From: Candidatus Latescibacterota bacterium
GTDB taxonomy: Bacteria; Latescibacterota; UBA2968; GCA-2709665
NCBI GenBank assembly: GCA_965237675.1
Contig: OZ250150.1
Coordinates: forward strand, 4,096,001 to 4,160,000
DNA: 64,000 nt
Direction of reading: 5' to 3'
The notes beneath the pieces are model-generated. The model was not told the origin of the DNA. It searched no databases and saw only the letters and a list, made by a program, of their open reading frames with translations. Of this stretch, positions 18,389 to 29,626 are shown in pieces; the stretch's first letter is position 1, and the number at the start of each line of letters is the position of its first letter. Made by a program: the position numbers and the translations under genes.

Positions 18389-20143
18389 TCAGAACGCCTG
18401 TCCCAGGCTGAAATAAATCTGTCGCCGGGGCTCGCACCGATCGTCCGATAGCCGGTACGCGACGTCGATCCTCACGGGGCTGATGGGATTCAGATAGCGC
18501 ACGCCCATGCCTGCCGCCAGCCGCAGACGGCCTGGATCGAAGGCCCCGATCCGATCCGATCCCACGTTGCCCGCGTCCATGAAAACGGCTATACCCAGCC
18601 CGGGCATTAACCGGGTACGCACTTCGAAGCTTCCTTCCAGCAGGCTCCTGCCGCCCACCGGATCGCTGTTTGCATCCCGGGGGCCGAGCCGGTTCAAGCT
18701 CCATCCCCGCACGCTGTTCGCCCCACCCGCGAAAAACCGCTCGAAATTGGGGATCGACTCGACCGTTCCGAGGTTCAGGATCATTCCACCGGATACCCTA
18801 AGTGCAAGTACGCTCTTCCAGAATACCTTCCGGTACCAGCGACCCTCCCCCGACACTTTGAGGAATTCTCTGTCAGCCGACGCTTTGACCGCGAGTTCGG
18901 CCAACAAGCCCCGCTGCGGGTCGAAAAAATCGTCTCGTCTATCTTCCAGGTATTCTGCCGAAAGCGTCGTGCGGGTGCTGTCCAACTCGAACTCGACGAC
19001 TTCAGTCCTCACCTGAAAGACGACTCGCCCGGTGGCCCGGAAGGTCCGTTCCAATGCCGCGCTGGCCCCTCCACGCTTCACCCGGACCTCCTTCGGTCGT
19101 TCCTGCTCCACAAACCCCGTCATCTCCAGCCATGTCCTGCTCCCGAGGATGTACGGCTGGCGAATTCCAACCGTCGCTTGAGCTTCCAGCGCCGAAGCGG
19201 AGGACTCGATGGTCAACTGGCGTGCGCCTCCTCCCAGAAAACTCCGGTGCCGCCACGCCAGCAAACCCCTAAGCTGTTCCTCGGTATCGTAACCCGCCCC
19301 CAATTTCAGGCTGCGGGCCGGGCGCTCCCGAACGACAACGGATACACCCACAGGGCTTGCCACGGCAACCGTATCGGGCAGTCCAAGTGAAACCGACCGA
19401 AATGCCTCCGACCGATAGAGTTGGAGTCGGCTGTTCAAGAGGTCCTTCTGCCTGTATGCGTCGCCTTCCCGAAAAGTCAGGCCCCGCAGGATCAGACCTT
19501 CCGAAACACTTCGATTACCCTGGATTCTCACCTGTCCGAACCGGCACCTGGGTCCCGGCGTCGCCCGGAACGTCACGATCGCCCGGTCGCCCCGCCGCGC
19601 CACTTCCGCCGCGACCTCCGCGAAAGCGTGGCCGTTGTCCTGAAGCCTGTCGGAAATCAGTTTAAGATCCGCCTCGCGGCCCATCCGGGTCAGCGGACGA
19701 TCCGGCCTGGTAATCAATGCATCCATCAGGCGCAGGCTGTCCTGCCCGGCGTCTGCCGGCACGACCTCCAGCCGGACGTCAGATACGACAACAGGCGCTC
19801 CTTCTTCGATCCGGATCCGAATGCGTACGAATCCTGGGCGGTACCGTTCGACGACCGTGTCCAGAACAGCTTCAAAATAGCCGCGGTCCGCGTAATGTGC
19901 CGCGATCCGGTCGACATCGGATCGAAAAACGAGCGCATCGTACCGCCGCTCCTCTGCACCAGGGAATATCCCGTACCACGGGTTCGCACGGGTATGCATC
20001 AGCCGCTTAAGTTCGCCAGTGGAGAGCACCCGATTTCCCTCGATCGCAATCGCTTCGACGATGGCAGACTTCGTTTCCTGTCCGGAAAGGGCAAGGGGGA
20101 TACAGGAAAAGACCATGGCGACGACGGCTCTGACATAAATCAA
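18389..20143 (-). CDS. tamA: Omp85 family outer-membrane protein TamA
   Basis: Signal peptide, three POTRA-like repeats (IEGNR, IEEG, IQGNR), FFAGGANSVRGW, RIDVA, C-terminal LGQAF. Confidence 0.88.
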   Translation of the reverse strand: MIYVRAVVAMVFSCIPLALSGQETKSAIVEAIAIEGNRVLSTGELKRLMHTRANPWYGIFPGAEERRYDALVFRSDVDRIAAHYADRGYFEAVLDTVVERYRPGFVRIRIRIEEGAPVVVSDVRLEVVPADAGQDSLRLMDALITRPDRPLTRMGREADLKLISDRLQDNGHAFAEVAAEVARRGDRAIVTFRATPGPRCRFGQVRIQGNRSVSEGLILRGLTFREGDAYRQKDLLNSRLQLYRSEAFRSVSLGLPDTVAVASPVGVSVVVRERPARSLKLGAGYDTEEQLRGLLAWRHRSFLGGGARQLTIESSASALEAQATVGIRQPYILGSRTWLEMTGFVEQERPKEVRVKRGGASAALERTFRATGRVVFQVRTEVVEFELDSTRTTLSAEYLEDRRDDFFDPQRGLLAELAVKASADREFLKVSGEGRWYRKVFWKSVLALRVSGGMILNLGTVESIPNFERFFAGGANSVRGWSLNRLGPRDANSDPVGGRSLLEGSFEVRTRLMPGLGIAVFMDAGNVGSDRIGAFDPGRLRLAAGMGVRYLNPISPVRIDVAYRLSDDRCEPRRQIYFSLGQAF

Positions 20144-20497
20144 ATCTTTACATCCTGTTCAGTCACTCAACGGGAATGGACGATGGTTCAACAGATGACC
20201 AATCATGTTTCGGCGACGTCCGCGGGCAGGCTGGTCCGCCGGCGTGCGACGTCACGTCTGCAGTTGGTAGCTCGCCCGTCGCCGGCACTTCCTATGACGC
20301 CCGCCAATCCTGTCGGTTTCAGATCTCGGTCCCGAAGCGGAAGATATGTATCCGGTCTCCGGGCACAAGGGATTTCTGTCACGCCAACAGTCCAGACCGA
20401 CCCCGTGGAGCGCTTTTCACGGCCCGATGGGCGAAAAATGGTACGGCCCCTTTAACCGGCGTGGAAAAAGGGGCCTGAAACAGCGACATTAAGGTGC

Positions 20498-23128
20498 TCA
20501 CACACTCGCGACTGCCGCCTCGGGCGGGGGATTCTCGTGGTGGACGTCAAGCACGCCGTTCTTCAGATCGACGGTAATCCGGGCCCCGTCCATGATGTCC
20601 CCGCTAATGAGCGCACGTCCGATTCGAGTCTCCAATTCCCGTTGCAAGAAACGCTTGAGCGGGCGCGCGCCATAAACCGGATCGAAACCCTCTCGCGCGG
20701 CGAATTCCCTGGCGGGACCGGCGATCTCAAGGTCGATCCCCCGGTCTCCGAGGCGCTTTCGGAGATCCGCGGTCAATAGGTCCACGATCTTCGCGATTTC
20801 AGCCTGCGTCAAGGATTTGAATAGAACAATATCGTCAACGCGGTTGAGAAATTCCGGCCGGAAATGGCGTCGCATCTCGTCCAACACCGTCAGGCGGGCT
20901 TTTTCGCTGATCTCTCCGGTCCCCCCCACACCCTCCAGCAGGTGGGACGACCCGATGTTGGAGGTCATGATGATTACCGAGTTCTTGAAGTCAACCGTCC
21001 GGCCCTGTGCGTCCGTCAACCGCCCGTCCTCCAGGATTTGAAGCAACACGTTGAACACGTCGTGGTGGCCCTTCTCGATTTCGTCGAACAGGATCACCGA
21101 GTAGGGCTTTCGGCGGACCGCCTCGGTCAACTGGCCGCCTTCGTCGTAGCCCACATATCCCGGTGGCGCGCCAACCAGTCGCGAGACGGTGTGCCGTTCC
21201 ATGTATTCACTCATGTCGATGCGTACCATGTTCTCCTCGGAATCGAAAAGCGCTTCCGTGAGCGTCTTGGCCAGTTCGGTCTTGCCGACTCCGGTGGGCC
21301 CCAGGAAGATGAACGAGCCGATCGGCCGGCGCGGATCCTTAACCCCGGCCCGGGCCCGGATCACGGCGTCGGCCACCAGCGAAACGGCCTCCTCCTGCCC
21401 CACGACGCGCCGGTGTAGAATCTCGTCCAGGCGGAGGAGCTTCTCGCGTTCGCCTTCCACCAACCGCTTCACGGGAATCCCGGTCCAGCACGAGACGATC
21501 TCCGCGATCTCCTCCCCGGTCACCTCTTCGCGCAGCAGCCGGCCATTCCCCTGCGACCTCGCCTCCTGGGCAGACAGCGTTTGTTCCAGCTCCGGCAGCC
21601 GCCCGTGACTCAACTCCGCCAGCCGGTTCAGATCGTACTTCCGTTCAGCGTCTTCGATCTCGCGCCGCACGGCTTCAATCTGCTCACGAAGCGTCCGAAC
21701 CGTGTCGATCACGTCCTTCTCGGATTCCCACTGAGCCCGCATCGCGGCGGCCTGCGCCTTCAGATCGGCCAACTCCTTCCGAAGGTCTTCAAGTCTCTGT
21801 GCGCTCGCCAGATCCGTCTCTTTCTTCAATGCCGCCTCTTCGATTTCGAGTTGCATCACCCTGCGGGTTGCCTCGTCCAGCCCCGCCGGCATGGAATCGA
21901 TCTCGGTCCGGATCATCGCGCAGGCCTCGTCCACCAGGTCGATCGCCTTATCGGGCAGAAACCGATCCGATACGTACCGGTTGGAGAGCACAGCCGCGCT
22001 CACAAGGGCGTTGTCCTGAATACGTACCCCGTGGTGTACCTCGTATCTTTCACGAAGTCCCCTCAGGATCGAAATCGTGTCCTCCACAGAGGGCGCATCC
22101 ACCGTAACGGGCTGAAACCGTCGCTCCAGGGCGGTGTCCTTCTCGATATATTTTCGGTATTCGTCAAGCGTTGTCGCCCCGATACAGTGCAGTTCCCCAC
22201 GCGCCAGCATCGGCTTCAACATATTTCCCGCGTCCGCTGACCCTTCGGTACGTCCGGCCCCGACAATATTGTGCACTTCGTCGATAAACAACAGAATGCG
22301 GCCCTCGCTCCGGACAATCTCATTCAACACCGCCTTGAGTCGCTCCTCGAACTCTCCGCGGAACTTCGCGCCTGCCATCAACGCACCCAGATCCAGGGAA
22401 AACACGGATCGCTCCTTCATCCGATCCGGCACATCCCCGCTCACAATGCGCTGCGCCAGTCCTTCGACAACGGCCGTCTTCCCGACCCCAGGCTCCCCGA
22501 TCAGGACGGGGTTGTTCTTCGTCTTTCGTGACAGGATACGCACAGTCCTTCTTATTTCCGCATCCCGCCCGATCACCGGATCCAGCTTGCCCTTGCGCGC
22601 CTGCGCGACCAGATCCACACCGTACTTCTCAAGCGCTTCGTAGGTGCCTTCGGGTTCGGGGTTGGTCACCCTCTGATTGCCTCGTACACGGGTCAACGCA
22701 TCGAGAAACGCCTCTTTTTTGGCCTTGAACTCCTGCAGGATCCGCCCAGCCTGGGTATCCGGTCCCTCGCCCAGCAGCGCCAGCGCCAGGTGTTCCACGG
22801 AAACATATTCGTCCTTCAGCCGCCTTGCTTCTTCCTCTGCCTGCTGAAACAACTGCTGGAAACGCTGTGTCACGTACACCTGTCCGGGCTCCGCACCCCC
22901 TCCGGTTTGACGGGGCCTCCGACCGAGTTCCCGATCCAACTGCGTTTTCAGGGCTGCCACGTCGATCTGCATCCGCGCCAGAATTCGCGGGATCAGCCCA
23001 TCCTGCAGCTCCAGCAGCGCCAGAAGCAGGTGTTCGCCGTCTACCTCCACGTGCCCGTACCCGGATGCGCTCGTCTGCGCGTCCCTAAGCGCCTCCTGCG
23101 ATTTTTGCGTCAGTCGATTCAGGTCCAT
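20498..23128 (-). CDS. clpB: Chaperone ClpB
   Basis: [16 protein letters not shown], coiled-coil M domain, [27 protein letters not shown]; 876 aa. Confidence 0.98.
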   Translation of the reverse strand: MDLNRLTQKSQEALRDAQTSASGYGHVEVDGEHLLLALLELQDGLIPRILARMQIDVAALKTQLDRELGRRPRQTGGGAEPGQVYVTQRFQQLFQQAEEEARRLKDEYVSVEHLALALLGEGPDTQAGRILQEFKAKKEAFLDALTRVRGNQRVTNPEPEGTYEALEKYGVDLVAQARKGKLDPVIGRDAEIRRTVRILSRKTKNNPVLIGEPGVGKTAVVEGLAQRIVSGDVPDRMKERSVFSLDLGALMAGAKFRGEFEERLKAVLNEIVRSEGRILLFIDEVHNIVGAGRTEGSADAGNMLKPMLARGELHCIGATTLDEYRKYIEKDTALERRFQPVTVDAPSVEDTISILRGLRERYEVHHGVRIQDNALVSAAVLSNRYVSDRFLPDKAIDLVDEACAMIRTEIDSMPAGLDEATRRVMQLEIEEAALKKETDLASAQRLEDLRKELADLKAQAAAMRAQWESEKDVIDTVRTLREQIEAVRREIEDAERKYDLNRLAELSHGRLPELEQTLSAQEARSQGNGRLLREEVTGEEIAEIVSCWTGIPVKRLVEGEREKLLRLDEILHRRVVGQEEAVSLVADAVIRARAGVKDPRRPIGSFIFLGPTGVGKTELAKTLTEALFDSEENMVRIDMSEYMERHTVSRLVGAPPGYVGYDEGGQLTEAVRRKPYSVILFDEIEKGHHDVFNVLLQILEDGRLTDAQGRTVDFKNSVIIMTSNIGSSHLLEGVGGTGEISEKARLTVLDEMRRHFRPEFLNRVDDIVLFKSLTQAEIAKIVDLLTADLRKRLGDRGIDLEIAGPAREFAAREGFDPVYGARPLKRFLQRELETRIGRALISGDIMDGARITVDLKNGVLDVHHENPPPEAAVASV

Positions 23129-23212
23129 TTGGGGCCTCCTTATCTTATTCAGAGAGGATATCCGCCATCGCGTGTGGCCGGTAACCTTGGCAATTCAACC
23201 CTTCCTTTCAAC

Positions 23213-23228
23213 TGCAATGACCGTGCCA
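23213..23228 (-). promoter_or_regulatory. sigma54 (RpoN) -24/-12 promoter for clpB
   Basis: Minus strand TGGCACGGTCATTGCA matches consensus TGGCACG-N4-TTGCW, about 85 nt upstream of the ATG. Confidence 0.75.
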
Positions 23229-23481
23229 GCATACCGATCGGACAAAAGTTCCGATTAAAAACGATAAAGCAGCAAGAAATGGGTGTTTCATGCATCTACC
23301 CGCGGACGCTTCCACCCGCCGAGGATCGTGTGATTGGGCAGTACGCCGTGGTGGGAATTTCTGCACGCCTGCATATATGGCAGATCCGACGGTCGTCATT
23401 AGCAGTTGAATTCAGCCCATTCATCGGGTATCTTTGCAATTCACCCATCGCCCGCCACCACTCCGTTTTAAGGACCGCCGG

Positions 23482-24315
23482 ATGAAATCCGACTCCGAGG
23501 CCCTGGCCGTATTCGCCCCCGATCTCTTCGCCGGGAAGACCGCGCTCGTAACCGGCGGCGGACGGGGAATCGGCAGACGAACCGCCCTCGCGTTCGCGCG
23601 GCTGGGGGCGCAGACTGTAATCGCCGGACGAAATCTCGAACCTCTCGCGTCCGCCGCCGAGGAAATTACCAGCATTGGCGCCCGATGCCTGGCCCTGCCC
23701 ACCAACATCAGGGAAATCGAACAGGTTGAAGACCTCGTCTCCCGGGCGCTGGAACGGTTCGGCGCCATCGACTTTCTGGTCAACAACGCAGGAGGCCAAT
23801 TCCCCGCGCGTCCGTCGGAGATCACCGATCGCGGCTGGCGGGCCGTTGTCGATCTCAACCTGAACGGTACCTGGAACATGTGCAGCCGTATCGGCCCCCA
23901 CATGGCCGACAGTGGTTCGGGATCAATTGTGAACATCGTTCATATATACGCGCTTGGGCGGGGCGCTCCGCCTTTTGCCCATTCCGGCGCCGCGCGGGCG
24001 GGAGTGGTCAATCTGACCAAGACATTGGGCTACCACTATGCCGGTCGCAAAGTGAGGGTCAACGCAGTCGCTCCGGGCTTTGTGGACACCTCCGGCCTTC
24101 GGGAGCATGAGTTCAAGCCCCTCCAACGCGAAGATTTCGAATCAATGGCCCTCCGGGATGTCCCTGCCGGCCGGTTCGCGGACCCGGACGAGGTCGCGGC
24201 CATTACGCTCTTCCTGTGTTCTCCGGCCGCGGCATACATCACGGGTACGACGATTGTCGCCGACGGCGCGCTGTCTTTGAGCAATTGGACACCCTGGATG
24301 GAGCCGGGGGCATAG
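23482..24315 (+). CDS. SDR oxidoreductase, trans-2-enoyl-CoA reductase (PECR)/AtuB-like
   Basis: TGGGRGIG, NNAGGQF, HSGAARAGV (PECR-type signature), VNAVAPG, YITG..ADG. Confidence 0.85.
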   Translation: MKSDSEALAVFAPDLFAGKTALVTGGGRGIGRRTALAFARLGAQTVIAGRNLEPLASAAEEITSIGARCLALPTNIREIEQVEDLVSRALERFGAIDFLVNNAGGQFPARPSEITDRGWRAVVDLNLNGTWNMCSRIGPHMADSGSGSIVNIVHIYALGRGAPPFAHSGAARAGVVNLTKTLGYHYAGRKVRVNAVAPGFVDTSGLREHEFKPLQREDFESMALRDVPAGRFADPDEVAAITLFLCSPAAAYITGTTIVADGALSLSNWTPWMEPGA

Positions 24316-24329
24316 GGAGGCCCACCGAA

Positions 24330-24374
24330 AACGACAAAGAGGCCGGGGATTTTATCCCCGGCCTCTTTGTCGTT
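24330..24374. terminator. Perfect 21-bp hairpin, likely terminator
   Basis: AACGACAAAGAGGCCGGGGAT-TTT-ATCCCCGGCCTCTTTGTCGTT just after the SDR stop. Confidence 0.7.
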
Positions 24375-24563
24375 CGACCCCGGTTCAACGGGTGCCCAAT
24401 AAGCAAAAATCATGTTCTTTGATTGATTTCAGAAAATGAAATCGACGAAAACGGAATATGCCATTTCGTCATATTGTTCGACAATTTTCCTGACAATTTA
24501 TGCCAAAATAGCATAAATAAAGGGCTGCGGGGCCGTCGTCGGTTCCTGGCCTTCACACCCGGT

Positions 24564-25370
24564 TCAATATCCGATCCGTCGTAAAAACGCATACGTCTTT
24601 CGGCTTCGCCTGGCCTCACTGATCGGATCCTCGGCGCCGGGTATCGGGTTTCCTGGACAACTCGTTACCCATCGGGAGAAACCGATCTCCTCCAGAACCT
24701 TTCGAACCGCCACGAAATCCACATCCGCGCCCTCCCCCACGTCGCACCAGATCGGATCGTACCGCCCGCTTTCATCCCGCGACGTGGTGGTATAGTCCTG
24801 GAGGTGCATATAATTCAACTGGCACCGGAAGTCTCGTATCGAATCGGCGGGATCGTATCCCCACAGCCTGGCATGGGACACGTCGATGCACAGCTTCGCT
24901 TTCCGAAGCTGCTCCGAGTAGAATTTCCATTCCGACACGGAATCCACCAGCGTATTGGTGTGGATGTGGTAGCTGATTTCCAGACCCAGCGGCGCCGCAT
25001 ACTCGGCCCACGCTTCCGCGCCCTCAGCCGCGGCCGTGAGGTCGCCTTCGTTCACCGACCGGTCTGCCGGTTTGCCGCCGCTCATGAACATAAAGCAGTC
25101 GGCCCCGATTTCCGCCGCATATTCCATCCGGCGGCGGTTTCGCTCCACGTGCGCCCAATCCCGCACGTCCGGTGATCCACTGGCAGTATACACCGCCATC
25201 GGCAAACCAGCGTTTTCGCATACCCGCCGCAACCGCGACGGCGGTCCCAGCCAGTCCGTAGACATCCGTCCCTCCCAGCCGTCCCATCCGGCCTTTTTCA
25301 ATTCTTCGAGCGCCGGTTCCAGGTCCGGTTCCTGCCATCTCAGCGTACTGTATCCCAGCTTGAATTCCAT
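24564..25370 (-). CDS. Sugar phosphate isomerase/epimerase (IolE-like TIM barrel)
   Basis: GWDGWE, SYHIH, CIDVSH, MHLQD, VGEG..VDF. Confidence 0.8.
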   Translation of the reverse strand: MEFKLGYSTLRWQEPDLEPALEELKKAGWDGWEGRMSTDWLGPPSRLRRVCENAGLPMAVYTASGSPDVRDWAHVERNRRRMEYAAEIGADCFMFMSGGKPADRSVNEGDLTAAAEGAEAWAEYAAPLGLEISYHIHTNTLVDSVSEWKFYSEQLRKAKLCIDVSHARLWGYDPADSIRDFRCQLNYMHLQDYTTTSRDESGRYDPIWCDVGEGADVDFVAVRKVLEEIGFSRWVTSCPGNPIPGAEDPISEARRSRKTYAFLRRIGY

Positions 25371-25410
25371 GGATCCCCCCGTCTGCTCTTAACAGGAAAG
25401 CGGCGCGAGC

Positions 25411-27903
25411 CTACCGCACCCTCCGCCTCAACTCCTCCTGAGCCTGGTGAAACAGCGCGATCAGCCGCGCGCGCGTTTTCTCGTCGCGGAATACGCCGAT
25501 TTTCTCCGCCCAGGCGATTCCGCCCTCCATATGGGTCAATAGATATTCGCCTTCCGTGGGTTCGAACGCGCATCGATTTCCCACATCGATGTAGACCGGC
25601 GATGAATGGGCCATTACCGGGCCGGCGTCCGTTGCGTACTCACCCCAGCACCGGGCCGCCACCCAGCATGATCTTTCGACCTTCAAGTCGTACTCTACAG
25701 TCACCGTCCGACGGTCGCCGTCCGCATCCTGCCTGGTGACGCGCTTCCCGTTTATGATCAGTTCCACCGCGGTCAGCGGCCACACGCTCTCCGCTTTGGC
25801 GACCACTTCCACGGTTCCCCCATTACCCGGCAAAGCGATCTCCCCGCCCATCGGCGTACCCTCGATCCTGAGATCGATCATCGCGCCGGTACTGGCGAAT
25901 GTCGTCCCGCGCTTGACCGCTTTACACCAGTTCTCGAAAGTAAACCCCTCGGCAGGGTCCAGCTTCGCGTACGTGCGGGAACCGCCCAGTATTCGACCGT
26001 TGGACATCTTATCCGTACCGCCCACGATCGGGAGCTTCTGACCCGTGTTCAGCCAGCGGTAATACCCGCGTTCTCCGGCGCCGATCCGTTCGCCCAGCCA
26101 TATCCAGCACATTTCCGCGGCATCGGCCTGGCCCAGCACAATATTGGCGGCATTCTCGAAATCGGGCGTGGGCATGTGGGGCATGATCACCAGTCCGCCT
26201 TGCGTCCGGCAGGCTTCCGCCCAATCTGCCATCAGGCTCTGAATCTCCCCACCGATCCAATCCTCCTGAGGGCCTCCGGTACACATCGGCGCCACCATTT
26301 CCTTCAGACCCAACAGGCTGATGTGCCCCAGCACATGCTGCCGGTTTTCCTGGCTCACCCAGATCTTGTGGTACTCGCTGCTCGTTGGCGCCAGACCTCC
26401 CGTAAACTCCTCCCAACTGGTAAACAGGCGGCCCCACTGGCTGGCGAGAAGGTTCACCACGTTCAGGTCTTCACCGGCCGCCTCGAGATGGGCGGATTGT
26501 GAGGACAGAAAATGCACGTGGGTGTCGCCGGAATAGAAACCCCGGTCTTTCATATCGAATGCCCGTTCAATTTCCAGTGAAAGATCCCGCTGACCCGGTT
26601 TGACCTCCACAAGCTTCCGCACAGGAACATACTCGAATCCACGCGCCACCTCCACGTAAACCGGTCCCACGGGAAGTTCGACCTGGCAGGTACCGTCGAT
26701 GTACGCGTACGGCGTGCCATGCACCTTGCAGTCGCCCCCCATATCCTCGAACCAGGCGGTATTCACGTCCGCCTGGTGGCCATGTGGCGCGAAATAAGCG
26801 CCGTGAGGAGATCGGAAATGTATCCGGCATCCCACCGGCCGGCCGGCCGTCACGTCGTTCACGCTTACATGCACCCACTGCTTGCCGGCGGGGGCCACCA
26901 GGGCGACGCGAGTGGCGCCGCGCTGCACGGATTTCTTCTCCAGGACCTCCCCCCACGTGAAAACCGCGTCAGATTCCCCGCTCCGGATGTTCAGCCGTCC
27001 TTCCCGCGACCCATGGATTTCCAGATAACGCCCCTCCCGAAACGCCTGTCCGCCGCTACCCCACCCCGCCTCATCCGTCTCCAGATAGTCTTTTTCGGGC
27101 GCATAAAGGCGGTCCTGTCGCGCGATCACCCCTCGATCCATGTTGACCGCGATCTCGTCCTCGCTTTCGGTCGAAACGGCGACCTCACTGCGCGGATGCC
27201 ACACGAACGGGTCGTTTCCCTCATGGCAGAGTGTGATTCCGCCCAGAGCCATCGCGGCTTCACCGGACGCCACCACCTCGATCGTCCGAATGGTCTTCTC
27301 CGGATGCGGATTGACCCAGTCGTACAGCCACCAACCCGCCAGATCGCTGCTTTCAGACCTGACGCCCACTTGCGCCGGGCCGTAAGGCAATGACCGGTCC
27401 TCCAGGGTCACGGGGAGAAACTCGCGGCAATTCCGGCAGAGAAAGGGATGGTGGCCCCACGGCACGAAAAGGTCGTGAATCTCGAACCGCCGCCTCAGTT
27501 CCTGCTCGACACCATGCCCCGAGTCGTAGCCGATCCGGTATCTGCCGACGGCCTCGCCGGTCCCTTCAAGACTCGGACCAACGCCGTTCACAGGCGTACA
27601 GACGTGAGCGAACAACACCCGGCGCGCCTTCCGGCCAACGGCAATGGAAACGGACCCTGCAATCCGCTCATCCGGCCGCCCTGAAACCACGATAAACGCC
27701 GGTCCGCCGAGACTTTTCTCGCGGTCCGCAAGCGCGAACGGAACGCCCCAGAATCGGCAGTCTCCGCCCGGAAGGCGGTGTAAGCCATTGAAACCTGGCC
27801 TCTCCGTCGACGCGGGCCAGAGGTAACCATCCGCGGTCTCTATATTCTCCGTTCCGGAATTCAAACAGGCTTTCAAATCCAGTGGTTGAAACACGTCCGT
27901 CAT
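25411..27903 (-). CDS. CehA/McbA-like metallohydrolase (PHP-like catalytic domain), paralog A
   Basis: RGFEY, SGDTHVHFLS, QENRQHVLGH, IMPH, GGTDKMS, WVAAR, AHSSPVY. Confidence 0.8.
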   Translation of the reverse strand: MTDVFQPLDLKACLNSGTENIETADGYLWPASTERPGFNGLHRLPGGDCRFWGVPFALADREKSLGGPAFIVVSGRPDERIAGSVSIAVGRKARRVLFAHVCTPVNGVGPSLEGTGEAVGRYRIGYDSGHGVEQELRRRFEIHDLFVPWGHHPFLCRNCREFLPVTLEDRSLPYGPAQVGVRSESSDLAGWWLYDWVNPHPEKTIRTIEVVASGEAAMALGGITLCHEGNDPFVWHPRSEVAVSTESEDEIAVNMDRGVIARQDRLYAPEKDYLETDEAGWGSGGQAFREGRYLEIHGSREGRLNIRSGESDAVFTWGEVLEKKSVQRGATRVALVAPAGKQWVHVSVNDVTAGRPVGCRIHFRSPHGAYFAPHGHQADVNTAWFEDMGGDCKVHGTPYAYIDGTCQVELPVGPVYVEVARGFEYVPVRKLVEVKPGQRDLSLEIERAFDMKDRGFYSGDTHVHFLSSQSAHLEAAGEDLNVVNLLASQWGRLFTSWEEFTGGLAPTSSEYHKIWVSQENRQHVLGHISLLGLKEMVAPMCTGGPQEDWIGGEIQSLMADWAEACRTQGGLVIMPHMPTPDFENAANIVLGQADAAEMCWIWLGERIGAGERGYYRWLNTGQKLPIVGGTDKMSNGRILGGSRTYAKLDPAEGFTFENWCKAVKRGTTFASTGAMIDLRIEGTPMGGEIALPGNGGTVEVVAKAESVWPLTAVELIINGKRVTRQDADGDRRTVTVEYDLKVERSCWVAARCWGEYATDAGPVMAHSSPVYIDVGNRCAFEPTEGEYLLTHMEGGIAWAEKIGVFRDEKTRARLIALFHQAQEELRRRVR

Positions 27904-28308
27904 AAGCTACCCGCTCCAATCTTGTGACATCTGTTTGAAATGGTCGGTGACCGCCCTGAAAGCCCCGATTCGGAAAGAAACGCGGGATCCGGACGGCCTG
28001 CGCCGACCCTCGTCAACTCCCAGAGAACCACGTCCGGCGAATCCTGAAATGGGTTTTTCCACATTCGAAGGTGGTGTAAAGCGCGCGTCTCCAGGGAAAC
28101 ACGTCTGCAAGCATGGAAACCGATTGACGGCCAGGCGCTTTCTCCTTACTCTCAGACAACAGTTGAATCGCGTCCTGGCGTAAACCGGCATCCTCTGGAC
28201 TGCCGCACGGAGCCGATGCGCCGGGGGTCATACTTCTATCCCGAATCGACGGGTCGAGTCGGTCGGCAAAGAAGCCGCCGACGCCCCGTTTTTTGAGGAG
28301 CGACGCCA

Positions 28309-29049
28309 ATGATAATCGACAGCCACGTTCACCTCAGACACGGCAACGCCGCACGTACCGAATACACCGCCCAGCAGATCGTTGAATCCATGGATGGCGC
28401 GGGCGTGGACAAATCGGTCGTCTTCGCCATCTGCACCACCACGTTTGACGCCGTTTTACGGGCTCGAACCGCTCACGAACTGTATCCCGACCGCCTTATT
28501 CCTTACGCATACGCGCTGCCCAACACCGAACGGTCCATAGTCGGATGCATCGAAGAAGCCGTAACCGGCCTGGCCTTCAAGGGTATCAAGATTCACGCCG
28601 GCGAATGCACCCTCGCGGAATACGTGTCCGACCCCATCCTCGCACTGGCCGGCAAACTCGGCGTACCCTGCCTCATCGATTTCATCGGCCGCGGCGACGA
28701 CCTCGAACGCATGGCGCGCACCTTCCCCGAGACCTCGATCATTGTCGCGCACATGGGCCGTTACCTGTGCACCGACCAGCCGCTCATCGATCGGTTTGTC
28801 CGCATCGCGGAAGAGTACAAGAACGTCTATATGGACATCAGCGGCGTCATTCTTATCTGGAAAATCCGCGAAGCCGTGGAACGCCTGGGGCCGGAACGTA
28901 TCATCTGGGGCACCGACGGTCCCTACCCTACACCCGACCTGGCATCCTATATCCGCACCGATCTCGACAAGATCAAGGCCTCCGGCATCGCCGAGGCTGA
29001 TCAGTCAGCCATCTTCGCCGGAAACATCGTCCGGCTGTTAAACCTCTGA
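28309..29049 (+). CDS. Amidohydrolase_2 family protein
   Basis: IDSHVH, GIKIH, AHMG, YMDIS, WGTDGP, GNIVRLL; GAGGAG RBS. Confidence 0.88.
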   Translation: MIIDSHVHLRHGNAARTEYTAQQIVESMDGAGVDKSVVFAICTTTFDAVLRARTAHELYPDRLIPYAYALPNTERSIVGCIEEAVTGLAFKGIKIHAGECTLAEYVSDPILALAGKLGVPCLIDFIGRGDDLERMARTFPETSIIVAHMGRYLCTDQPLIDRFVRIAEEYKNVYMDISGVILIWKIREAVERLGPERIIWGTDGPYPTPDLASYIRTDLDKIKASGIAEADQSAIFAGNIVRLLNL

Positions 29050-29237
29050 CGCTGTATTTTCCCATGATTCAAAGTCCAACTTATTCGGATACAAAGGGTT
29101 ATATGCGAAATATAAAGTGGCGTCCGGCTGACGAGTCAGCAATCAATACGAGGGTCCGCATAGCCTGAGTCAACTGGCATCGGCCGCAGCGTCTAGCGAC
29201 CCGTACCCGGGTTTCTGAGACGTTTCGACGCTTTTTC

Positions 29238-29265
29238 TTGACAAAAAACCGCGTTTGGATATCTT
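29238..29265 (+). promoter_or_regulatory. sigma70-type promoter of the riboswitch-asd unit
   Basis: TTGACA-N16-TATCTT about 10 nt before the riboswitch. Confidence 0.6.
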
Positions 29266-29275
29266 TCTTCCGCTG

Positions 29276-29457
29276 CAAGGGTAGAGGCGCGGGTTTGCAT
29301 CAGTAACCGGCAGTGGACGGCGGACCCACAGCTGCCGGACGAAAGGGTAAACCTGCCGAAGCCCGAAACTCCCGCCGCCGGGATCGACGGGCTGGGCCGC
29401 CGGATAAGATCCAGCGGACTGTCATGGGAATCGGTTGTCCCGTGGAGCGCTCTCTTG
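29276..29457 (+). ncRNA. Lysine riboswitch
   Basis: Conserved blocks in order: AGAGGCGC, AGTA, GAAAGG, GCCGAA, CTGGG, ACTGTC, GGAGCGCT. P1 pairs CAAGGG with CTCTTG. Upstream of asd. Confidence 0.9.
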
Positions 29458-29487
29458 TGATGTGGCCATGCTGCGTTTCGGTTGTAG

Positions 29488-29526
29488 CCGGCGATGTCTC
29501 TACCCCTGGACATGCCGGTTTTTTTT
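29488..29526 (+). terminator. Expression-platform terminator of the lysine riboswitch
   Basis: CCGGC(G)ATGTC..GACATGCCGG followed by T8. Confidence 0.8.
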
Positions 29527-29626
29527 GCGCCGGTTCACGTAGGGCAGTTAGCCGCGGATCTCCGTTCGACGGCGATCGTCGAAACTGCGGCGGGCTGATG
29601 CCACTCTCTCTCAGAAGGTACGGCAT

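Noticed and set aside
23185-23215. Possible CIRCE upstream of clpB (TTGGCAATTC...)
   Set aside because: There is no matching GAGTGCTAA-like right arm at 9-bp spacing.
27935-28309. Short ORFs in the divergent intergenic region
   Set aside because: No recognisable motifs or RBS; more likely promoter DNA.
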